Assembly: GCA_010015585.1 (NCBI GenBank)
Contig: ML975154.1
DNA length: 20,000 nucleotides
Strand: one strand, 5' to 3'
Source of the DNA: Eremomyces bilateralis CBS 781.70
Taxonomy: Eukaryota
In this document: one piece after another, positions 1-10,300 of the stretch
Position numbering within the stretch: the stretch's first letter is position 1
Layout of the letters: each line of letters starts with the position of its first letter
Translations under genes and position numbers: made by a program
Notes under the pieces: generated by a model
The model's input: the letters and a program-made list of their open reading frames with translations, nothing else
What the model was told of the DNA's origin: nothing
Databases searched by the model: none

Positions 1-10
1 TCAATTGCAT

Positions 11-1829
11 CTAAGTCCAGATGCTGAAAGGGCCTTGATATCTGAAACTGAGAGGATCATCCGCTGCTCCTTCCTGTGCGTACGGGATAGCATCCAAAGG
101 CCCCTCACTCTCTTTGATGTACCCGAGTTCGCATTTCGTGAAGCTGACCTTCGGCTGGTCGACGTAGAAAGAGTCATACCGAGGCTGCAGACTATCGGTG
201 AGGCTGGCAACGTTTCCCTTCGGATGCAATATTTCCCATGGGTGGGTGCATGCGCGGCCTTTGCAAGTCTTAAGCACCATCATAAGCGCGTCGAGCCGAG
301 TGATCACCTCATGGAAAGGACGATTGCGAATACTGAAGCCCTCACGCTGCGACGCATATTCGGCCGAAAAGAGGTTCCGTAGTTCGCCTGCATCGGTCTG
401 CCTCAAATCAGTACGAGTATATCCTGCCTAGATAGGCGAGCGAGCAAGGCACTGAACTTACCGTCAAATCATACAACTCGGCCTCATTGGTGCACCAAAC
501 AGCGTAGTAAAGATTGTATTCCCCTCCGATAACGCGGACGGCCTTGTAGGTGTTGTTCGCACCTGTTGGAATGTCATAATCCCCAGTCTCAACCAGGTCG
601 CCATATCGTCCGTATTTTCCTTCGGGAATTGCGACACCCCAATATTCGATGGTGACATGCTCCGTCTTCGACTTCTCCTCGCCTTCGTACGTGAGCGGGA
701 TGGGGATACCGTCCGTGTTTTGCAACGTCGAACCAGCAAGGCCGACGATAGTGGAAGCAAGATCGGTGTGAGCCGTGACGACTTCGGAAATGTGACCGAC
801 TGGGACACCAGGTCCTCGAATGACTAGCGGGATGTGAACATCTGTTTCGAATCCGCATTCCTTGCCCGGATGCATCCTGTGTTGGCCGATATGGTAACCA
901 TTATCTGTGGTATAGATGATGTACGTGTTCTCAAGTTCTCCGCGGGCCTCAAGCAGCTTGACCAGCGCTTCGACCGATTCGTCTACGGCCTGTAGGGATC
1001 TCAAGCGCGCTCGCTGATATTCGTCCTGATAATCGACGACTGTATCGTTCAATCGAGGGAGCTTGGCCACCCAACTGACGCCTCCCTGATGTTCCGGATT
1101 GAAATTTTCCTCGCGCGGAATCTGATAGTCTTTAAAAAGGTGTGCATGACGCTCGGCATAATACGGCTTGTCAAATTTCAGTTTCTTGTCGAAGCTGACG
1201 TCGCCATGAGGCGCGATTGGAGCATGCACTACAAACCAAGGTTTGTCGTGTGACAAAGCCTCCTCGACGAAGGCGTATGCCTTCCCAGCTGTGACGTCAG
1301 GTGAGTACTGGCCCTCGTAGCTAACCGGAGGAGCGCCATTGCGAGTTAGTGATGCGTTGTAGTACCGGTACGTGAATGGGTCGAGGAGAAAATCCGAGCC
1401 ATTGAAGCCTCTAGCGTACGGGGCATCGTAGTTCTCGACAGTATGGGCGTTCCAGAGCTTGCCGGTGTAGTAGGTGTTATAGCCTGCGTTCTGAAGCCAG
1501 ACCGGAAGGTAGTCATCATTGATCCCCTCGCGGACAATCTTTGGGTAGCCACCATAGGGAGGGTGAACGTCCGTGACGTTGGTGTTATGGGCTGCCCGTC
1601 CGGTCCAGATGTTCACCCGCGATGGGCAGCAGATGGCGACGGTACAATAATGCCGCGAGTAGAGTGTCCCTTCGTTAACGAGGTGCTTCTGCAGGAGAGG
1701 CATATGCTGTAGGGATTGCATATGCCAATCTTGGTCGTCGGTCAGAATGAACAAGATATTTGGCTGTTTTGCAGCCAGCGTGCTGTGGCAGAGCCATGAC
1801 AAGGCAGCGAGCAGGATTTTGAGATGCAT
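11..1829 (-). CDS. Secreted arylsulfatase (formylglycine-dependent sulfatase, similar to Neurospora ARS-1); exons 1829-462 and 397-11, about 584 aa
   Basis: Signal-peptide-like N-terminus (MHLKILLAALSWLCHSTLA), then PNILFILTDDQD, the CxPxR active-site motif (CCPSR..WTGR), GYNTYYTGK and NTYIIYTTDNGYHIGQH. A 64-nt phase-0 intron at 461-398 (GTAAGT...CTGAT...CAG) joins ELYDLT in frame to TDAGELRNLF...RLDALMMVLKTCKG. Stop TAG at 13-11. Confidence 0.95.
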
Positions 1830-2061
1830 TTTGACTCGGAACGCTCAAAAACTTGGAACCAAGCAGAACGAAAGCAAGACAATGGTTCTCAACTACAGGG
1901 AAATCAAGACGAATATAGCCGTAATATGGCTGAGGATTTCAACACCATGGGATTGCAACACCCATTCCCTGAAATGCAATGGGACGCGCCGTCTCCAAAT
2001 ACCTTGCTATTTTGCAATCCCATCTTGTCCATGCACAGATGTTTAGCGCTCGACTTAATTG

Positions 2062-2079
2062 ATAGTGCCATGACGAAAT
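2062..2079. promoter_or_regulatory. Possible CYS3/MetR-type bZIP site(s) upstream of the sulfatase
   Basis: ATAGTGCCAT (2062-2071) matches the CYS3 consensus ATGRYRYCAT at 9/10 and overlaps ATGACGAAAT (8/10), about 230 bp upstream of the sulfatase ATG. The motif is short and could be a chance match. Confidence 0.3.
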
Positions 2080-2457
2080 CTGGGGAGTTCGATTCCGTCA
2101 AGACGCTCTCGGATGATGTGATACGTACATGCTCAGGTAGAGAGAGTGGGATGTTATCTCAGTTGGGACTCAGGCGGCAATGGTGCCCCCTGGCCATTAT
2201 GGGGCTCCGCTATACCCAATGAAGCCCAGCCTCTTCTTTAGCACACGCCACTAAATATTGACCAATCATGCGCCTTGAAGGCAGAGGGCACCACTGCCGT
2301 CTGAGAGACTCCTGCATAGTTTGTGTGGATGTGTCGAGTATCAAATCATGATATAGGTGAGGGAACTCCCATCGCTAAGTGTGCTTGATCCGGAAAGGCT
2401 ATCGCTAATCTGTTTTCAGAAATTGATCGTACGCGTTGACTTCTACATTTCATCAAG

Positions 2458-2777
2458 NNNNNNNNNNNNNNNNNNNNNNNNNNNNNNNNNNNNNNNNNNN
2501 NNNNNNNNNNNNNNNNNNNNNNNNNNNNNNNNNNNNNNNNNNNNNNNNNNNNNNNNNNNNNNNNNNNNNNNNNNNNNNNNNNNNNNNNNNNNNNNNNNNN
2601 NNNNNNNNNNNNNNNNNNNNNNNNNNNNNNNNNNNNNNNNNNNNNNNNNNNNNNNNNNNNNNNNNNNNNNNNNNNNNNNNNNNNNNNNNNNNNNNNNNNN
2701 NNNNNNNNNNNNNNNNNNNNNNNNNNNNNNNNNNNNNNNNNNNNNNNNNNNNNNNNNNNNNNNNNNNNNNNNNNNNN
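2458..2777. other. Assembly gap (320 N)
   Basis: Run of N characters in the sequence. Confidence 1.
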
Positions 2778-2815
2778 CTTCTTGTGCGCATACCTGAAGA
2801 AGAATCTTGAGCAGC

Positions 2816-4184
2816 TCATTTGGCCGTTTGGCTGCGCGGCCAAATGTTAACAGGTATAGGAGTTTTAATATCTGAGGGGATTATAGTCGAATCATCTGTA
2901 CCAGAATCTAACTTAACGCTAATTTGTGATACGAACGATAACTCCTCTCCCACGACAAACGAGCTTCCTAATTCCTGCGACCCTTCCGATGCCTCCGACT
3001 GTGATGAAAACGAGGGCCAATGGCAGGGTTTGAATGTTTCCCGATACTCATTAAGCTGCTGCGCAAGTAGCTCGTTATGCATGGTAACCCGGAGCCCATC
3101 CCTATCATCTGCCAGCTGACGACTGCGGACATGTTGAGCAACCTTTTCCTCTTTAGATAAAGTGGGATTAGGTACAATACTCGAGTCTTGACGATTACTC
3201 CTCAAGTCTTGAGCAGCAGCCTCTGTAGCCTTTCCGGCCAATGCCTTAATGTTCCTCTTGTACTTTCGTTCCTCTAGTATCGCGTCGTGCTTCGAGTATA
3301 CGTCTGGAACAATCTGGACAAGGAATACCAGGAAAGGATCGAGGAGGGTATTCTGATATTCCCAGTTTTCGATATCAAAGAGGGCTGACAATGCCTCCTG
3401 ATTTGGTATAGGTATCGTTGAGTTCTTCACACAGGTATACATACGAGCAATAGCCCACTGCGCTTCTTGAGGAATGATCACCCCAGCTGGAATTGGAATC
3501 CTTTGCTGCGCTCGTGGGAAGATCGATTCCACATTGCTCCATAACATGGAGCTCGTCAATTGCAACCACGCCAATCTTATTCTTTACATCAGGATTTAAC
3601 AGCAAATCACGAAACTCATCGCTAACTGCTTGCTCAGGACCCATCAAGATATGGGTATATAACCCAGCTGCAATCTCCTTGTACAGGTTCGGATTCGTGT
3701 GCTTGGTCTCCGCTGTAACAAGGCAAGGCCTGGCCTCTGGTAACTGTTCAATCGACCGCTTCTGCTCCTCTCCAAGCTTGCTTAAAGGAATCAACTGAAT
3801 GACAATTCTTCCAATAAAGATTGGGATAGCATGGAAGATGATGCTCTTCCCAAAACCAGTCTTAGCAGAGACAATAGTATCCCCATGGCGAAAAACAATT
3901 CGTCGAAGAGCCCGAACCTGGTTGATACGTGGGAGCCGACCACCCAGGAGTCGCTGTAAACCGTGGAAGATAAGATCATGCTGGTATGTGGCATTCTTTC
4001 GTATCAGACAGGCCTTGACTAACTCTTGCAGTACCGAACATAACTCTTTCTCTGGCGTCGTTGCAATGGTGGATATCCGTTCTTCAATCGTTTTCTGGAT
4101 AGAAGCTGATTGTAAAGAGGCCGGATTCTGGTATGAGGGGATTTCACGCTGATGGGCGCGGCCTCGCCGCCGCTTCACTCGCAT
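2816..4184 (-). pseudogene. RecQ-like superfamily-2 (DExH) helicase, truncated or internally deleted; probably transposon-borne
   Basis: The frame from ATG 4184 carries a Q-motif-like RINQVRAL, Walker A SAKTGFGKS (about 3869-3843), motif Ia LIPLSKLGEEQ, motif Ib YTHILMGPEQ and motif II VVAIDELH (DELH 3557-3546). Resemblance stops at about 3530 and motifs III-VI are absent. A second frame (about 3530-2816) continues with a helical, charged then Ser-rich segment. Confidence 0.8.
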
Positions 4185-4454
4185 GGAGGGTGACCTGGAG
4201 ATTGATCCCGTCAAGTGATGACGCAACAAGCAGTTTTAAAACTCTAGTTACAGAATGTACAGTTAGCAGTTTGATATTTAAAAACCATAGGACGGTTTAA
4301 CAAACCCTTATCTATATTTCATCAACTTTTGGAGCCCACTCAACTTCTCCATATGATGTTATTCGAATATCTCGTCAATTCTAGCAATTCTCATCACGTC
4401 GACTCCACAGGAAATTCGCAACAGTTTCTCAGACGTTACACAAGACAGTTGCAC

Positions 4455-4517
4455 TCACGTGACTAGTTTTAACGCTAAACATGGGTTTAATCTGGTTACG
4501 GTTTAGCTTAACCAGTG
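4455..4517. repeat. Cluster of short palindromes and inverted repeats
   Basis: TCACGTGA 4455-4462; ACTAGT 4462-4467; GCTAAAC 4474-4480 with GTTTAGC 4501-4507; TAAAC 4476-4480 with GTTTA 4485-4489; CTGGTTA 4492-4498 with TAACCAG 4509-4515. Confidence 0.75.
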
Positions 4518-6814
4518 TCATGGCTTGAGTAACGTCTGAGCCCAAGCTGAGATAAGTGGGATGCAGTGTAGGTCTGGGTCGGGCAGGGGTGGATCTCCAG
4601 GCAATAAGGCCAACAGTGCTGAAGCTGAGTCAGCAAGGGGTTTGAAGTCCTGAATGGTTTCACAGTTGACAGTGACCACCACTGATTGAACATTGAACAA
4701 CCAATCGTCCCAGTTGTGCAACCTGACAGCTCGACGTATTCCTTGAAGAAGGACGAAGCTGATGGACTTGAAGAACGTCTTCAGCGCCTCGAAATTCCGA
4801 ATCACAGGATCGCGGCTTATAGTCCGCTTCCTCGACATACACATCTCCCCTGCAGGAACCAGGAGACACGGATCAAATTAAGGGGGAGCCGAAAGTTAGA
4901 ATTTCTGGATAGCGAGTGGACCGGGTACTGGTTAGGCGTATCCGTTGGAAGATAAATACGCGCAACGTTTATGGATGCTTTCTGGTACGTTTGAGGTAGA
5001 TACGCTCACCGGCATGTCAATAGACTCCGCATTTGGTGATTGCCAATGTGATGCTTCGCCAAGTTAAGCCGCGAAAAGCGGGATGTGGCAGCGATGCGAG
5101 AAATGAGTACATCAAGGCTGGCCGAGTAATCGACCGGTAAATCTGGGATGGATTTCGGCGTGTCCGTTGTTACAGCAAGCAACGCCATGACCCTTGGGTT
5201 GGAGGCTTGAAAGTGCCTAGTCTGCCTCATTAGATTCAAACGACGCCACTGTATCCCTATCTGATTGAGAGTATAACAATATTTGCGGGAGATCGATGGC
5301 GTCCCAGGCTGATCTCACATGCTTTATGGAATCGGTTGAGGAACTGGCTGTAGTCGTATAGCCAGTCATGGGAGGGGACAATTGCGCTGCGAGCCATGTC
5401 AATCTCTTAAAAGATCTAGATCTGACTAAAGTATGAGTTAAAGAAACCTCGCCGTCTCTTGCTAAATCCATCCTTACCATTTGTCCAGATGACTTACATG
5501 AGCCCTCGTCGTACTTGACTGGCAACTTCGGCTGCAGTCCGATAGAGGAAACATGCAGAGTTGACAGCTCCGCGGAGATTCGACTGGGCCGGGTACAATC
5601 GAAAAACATCGTCCTGCAAGCCTGACGGAGCTGGTGGTCGGGAAGCTGTCAATAAGGCTGTCGATTTCGGAGTCTCCAAGACTAGGACGGTTCCTCCGTT
5701 GGAAGGCTTTATATATTCGTAGACCGTATGGAGATCAGCATAATATCCCCCGATATTGAAAATAGTTATGATGTGTAGAGATAGACTTGGATGATAGCGA
5801 TCGCTGAGAACACACGGTTCTTGTTCCTTAGGTCTGACGACGGTGGGCCAGGCTGGTCGTCTACACCTCGCCAGTGGTATATGGCAAGTTCCTTGGGCTC
5901 TTTCTCAACCAGGAGCAGGCGATCATCAACGGCCCTCAAGGTGAACCTGTTCTCGCGATACACAGGGTTGGACTCATGAAATCAACACCGACCACTTCGG
6001 TAGCTAAGCATGAAGCTGCGATTCCTGAGAGAACTCGACGGGCAAATTCAATCCATGCTAGAATACGAAGAGGTGAATAGGAGAGGAACAGGAAGAAGAG
6101 GGTTCTCCGTGCCCCACATCCTTCATAGACACAGTCCTGAGGGTAATAAACGTTGCCCTCCGATCCGCCGGTCCACGATTGTTACATGAGATCCAAGAAG
6201 CCTGGCTGGTGTCAGGTTTGAGTGTGACAAGTAGATTGCGGCTCTTATCACCTTCCAATCAGTCCTGTCGGGTCAGTGAACTGTGAAACACAATATGGGT
6301 TGTACCTGACGATCCATAACGTCTCTCATAGGGCCGATATTAGTAATTAGATCCGATGACTTTCATTTGCAGGTGATGATCTTGGCTTTTGCATGTGGAG
6401 CTCCAAGCTCCTCTAGCGGCGGGAGAATGCGGGCTAAATCGGGGATTTTATTCTTTCATCTTCAACCTTCAAGTCAGGAGTTTGGAGTCGAGGTTAAGCG
6501 GCTGCATCACTAGATATCGTGAGAGTTTTCCACTGTGAATCTTGCGCATCAAACACATTGCTTGAATCTGTAGTGAAAGTACTGACCAACAGTGGATATG
6601 AAGAGTCGTATGCTTGAATCGCTTGTAATCTACAATTCACATGAGGTCCCTGATTATGAAGCCTTATATTAAGGCACCAATTGTTATGACTGGGATTCCC
6701 CTTTATTCTCTCTTCCTCTGGCTGGTTGACCAACTGCATCTGGTGCTGCTGTCCGCCGATATCTGCCTGCCCCTTCACTATTTCCGGGCCCCAATTGCCC
6801 TGTGCACACGGCAT
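4518..6814 (-). pseudogene. Degenerate multi-exon gene of unknown family
   Basis: Series of short protein-like minus-strand frames (4518-4844, 5217-5609, 5494 to about 5900, 5766-5963, 6058-6258, 6494-6814). Intron-like signals lie between them: GTAAGT...TTTAG at 5497-5426, GTACAA...CTGAC...CAG at 6305-6265, and a GTGAGC donor at 5009. I could not assemble a stop-free model. Boundaries are uncertain. Confidence 0.4.
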
Positions 6815-7310
6815 CTCCAGAATTTGGCCTCCGTTCTAGAAGGACTAACGTCCGCTATCGAAGATGCAGGTCATCGCCCCGGCTCTAAATACGTCAGGCT
6901 CCCAGCAAATTTCCTTGTCTTTGCTGCTCCGTTGGGGGGAAATGAGGAGGCGGAAGGATTGCACGGACTGGCGCGTCACGATCGAAAGACTTGTCCCTGT
7001 CGGTGGTGGGCCGGTAGCTCGTGAAAAGATTCCCTTTGGCGTGGTTTTCTCATATGCTTTGATGAAGAATACATCGCGCTGAGACCGAGGTAGCCGGTGC
7101 GCGTGGATATCGATTATGAATTGCCAAATAATACGTAGATGATCGGGTCCTTCGCACTTTCGTCGAAAGTTCCTTTTGAGTTAGACTGGACACCCCATAA
7201 TTTCCAATCGCCGGACGATGTATATCAACTGTACTTGGACCGAGTTGTCACTTTCAACCATCGACGCAACGACAACGAAGCATCGAAGCCCTCGCTGATG
7301 CATCTGCGCG

Positions 7311-10300
7311 ATGAAGGCCACGTGCAGTTGCGGAAGCGAGGAAGAACCCCAAGCCCAAGACAATGGTCGAATGTCGAGTCCGGCTACTAACCATGGCGAG
7401 TCAGACTCCCATTCACCGCAATTGCAACACTGTCGTTCTTTAGGAGAAGCCCAGGTTTCAACAAGAATTGCCCCTGATGAAGTGGGCGAAAGGGGGACGG
7501 GGGAGAGGCGGTGCATCTTCCTGTTGCACAACGACGCCCCACCACCAAATCTCCCTGTTGCATCAAAACAACAAACATCAACACCAGCAGCAATAATCTC
7601 GTCTAACCTCACCGGCTTTACCAATACTTCCACTCGTTTTCCAGTTTCTTCTTCCTCCTCTTCTTTGTCCTCTCCCCACACTCATTATATTTTGGTTCCG
7701 GCATCCCACCCTCCCTCTGCCGCCACTCCCTCCGCCGCGGCGGGTGTCCAGGACGTGGCCCCTACGCCTCCCCGCCCTAACCAACGGCTTCAACTCCGGC
7801 AGCTTTCGCAACGAATTGCGGCGCTGCTTCTGGCAATTGGCCAACGAGACCGGCGGCTCCTGATGCTGATTTTGCCATACGCACGGTTTTACTGGCAGGC
7901 CTTCTCGACCGCACGTCAACGTTGCTGGAGTCTCACGCGCACCGCCTGTGCGATTGGCGGTCTTTGGCTGCTGACCCGGCTGTTCCTGCGCCACGTCCAC
8001 TCCCCATTCGCCCATCTTCCCGGCGGCCCTCGCTCCCTGTCCCTGCACCCTAAACATCTCATCCAGGCCTCGGTCACTCATTCTAAACACAAACATCTTC
8101 GAAAAGTTTCCAAGTCGCGTCGTCGGAATTCGAGAGAGTTGAGGCGGAAGGCGACGGCTGCTGCGGATCGTGACAGTGATAGTGATACAGGTTCCGTTGA
8201 TGCTGTTGGTCAGGCAGGCTCCGTTGCAGTAATCAACCACCGTCGAAGATTTCCAGTTCGAAACAGTCGCGATTTTTTTACACCCTCGTTTCAACATCAA
8301 AATCATTCTGGATATGGCACTCCATGTCCAGTCGCTCATTTGAACTCCTCGTCGCCCTGGCACATTCCGGTCCCGAACATTCACGATCTCGAACATCTTG
8401 ATGAGGATTCACTTCACGCTCTCATTATGAGTTTGCAAACCCCCCTGAAGTCCCCCCCCCGTCGACGTCGTGGAATTACGGAACCGTTACGTATCACAAC
8501 CATACCTTCACTATCAAATCCAATGGATCACAACCACGCTCTATCCGACCACATCAATGCTGCTCCCGCATCACCGACGACCAGCACATCCTGCTACACT
8601 GCATCCGTCAACCCACCTCCAACCTCGCCAACGTGGCGTTCATCACAATTCTCATCGATAACGGCAGTCGACACACAATCACAACGCACTCGATCTTCCA
8701 AACGATTCTCCCTTAACTTCCCTATCGCCATTCCACGGTCCACTACTACCTCAATGGCTTCTGGACCTACCGCTCGCTCCTCCCAGCTTTTCTCCCTCTC
8801 CTCCCGTCCCCCATCATGGGCTCCGACAACTACATCGAGCGGCAGTGACCACAGCAGAGGCAACAGTCCTCCAACCTTCTCCCCCAATCGAACATTCATG
8901 TCGCCGACACATGGTCACCCGGCCACGTCTCTCCCGGCCCTAACATCGCCTACATTTCTTCCTCCGCCCGAAACCAACTTTCTGACGATCCTTGCTGCCC
9001 AGGAGCGCAAGGTTCTGGAACTCCGTGAGGAGCTTGGTAAAGCTGAAGCCGAGCTGGGAGAGCTGAAGAAGAAATGGGAGCGCAGTGAGGCTCGAAAGAA
9101 GCGTGAGGAGCTTCGGAGTGGGATGCGTTTGCGTGATCTCGCAGGTCCAGCTGCCATGCCACCCCCTCCAGCGTATATCAATGACGGCGATGGGATCCAT
9201 GAGATGCAACTGAGATCTGCTACCACCCCAAGGAACAAGCGACTGTCCGACATATACAGTCTAGGGGCTTCAGACCTGGGACCATATACGCATGATCAAG
9301 CGGACCTGAAGGAGGAAGAGGACCCCGATGGCAGCAATGCATGGATGACGCAAGAGATGGAACGGCGCAAGTCTCTCCTCCGCGGCAGCACAATGGGTCC
9401 TGCACCTGGATCTGCAACCACCCGCTACAGTCAACGCAAGGTCTTCAGCGGAAGTAGACACACTCGTGCGCTCAGCTTGCTGAGCCCAGACAAAGAACGG
9501 GTATTTGATCGAAATGCTGCTCTGGACGCTCTGGAAGGACGGACTCGTTCTACATCACCACCCGACGCCTCATTCCCCCCTCCACCTTTTACTCGGGCTT
9601 CGGCCGAGCATGATCGAACAGCAATCGCCGAACAGAAACCTCGGTCTCGTCGGCCACTCTCCCTTGCTTCAGGTCTCCCTCAGCCACCCTCCCGATCCAG
9701 GACTTTGCCTATCCTCGCTCCCATCGACCAGCTGAACGACGCAATGGAATCGGGCAATGGCGCCCCCGCTGCAATTCTCCGAACAGCCAAGCAAACCGCC
9801 GAGGGCTTGAAAGACGGGCTGTGGACATTCTTTGAAGATATCCGACAGGCTACGGTCGGCGAGGAGGGAGCAAGAGAGATGGGGGGTGTCGCACAGCGAT
9901 CCCTCAGTCCCGGAAAACGAGGGCAGGAAGGCGCTTCTGCAGGTATCCGCACAGGACGGGTCTTGGGCCGTCAGGGTCCGCATCTTGACGGTGACGAGAA
10001 AGATCCTGCCGTAATGACCCCCACACGCCCACGCCCAAGGGGACGGGATCGTACCGGCATAGATGCGAATCCAAAAGCACCTGGTGATCCTGACATGCTG
10101 TCCACCCATTCGTCAACCACAGACTCCGCCACTCCATCGCAACGAAAAGTCGTTGAAGACGAGCACGGTATGGAATGGGACTCGTGGGCGACGCCCCAAA
10201 ACCCGAAAGACCCCACCACCAAACCAGAGAACGCCCAGGCGCCCTTGCGGAAGCAAGCCGTGCAGGAACGGATGAGCATGACATATCCGGTGCAACCCGG

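Larger units (their letters stand above)
2778..4517 (-). mobile_element. Candidate non-autonomous remnant of a helicase-carrying DNA transposon (AcademH-like or CACTG-terminated); only one end visible
   Basis: Intronless, broken RecQ-like helicase. AT-rich 4230-4517 segment with repeated GGTTTA and CAGTT motifs and nested inverted repeats, ending in CACTG on the minus strand. Adjacent to an assembly gap. No transposase, second terminus or target-site duplication (TSD) was seen. Confidence 0.4.

Noticed and set aside
408..461. C-terminal tail VSSVPCSLAYLGRIYSY of the 473-aa ORF
   Set aside because: Read-through into the intron; the spliced product continues in exon 2.
2346..2843. ORFs spanning the N run
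   Set aside because: Artefacts of translating N bases.
2039..4482. 10-bp inverted match ATGTTTAGCG (2039-2048) with CGCTAAACAT (4473-4482) as a terminal inverted repeat pair
   Set aside because: The match does not extend on either side, has no TSD, and lies inside the sulfatase promoter; compatible with chance.
4280..4515. GGTTTA/TAACC motifs as telomeric repeats (telomere-linked helicase context)
   Set aside because: No tandem TTAGGG array is present, and the flanks are gene-rich and include TAF6.
7578..8396. 272-aa antisense ORF and other short antisense ORFs over the sulfatase, TAF6 and membrane-protein genes
   Set aside because: No recognisable motifs; expected opposite GC-rich coding sequence.
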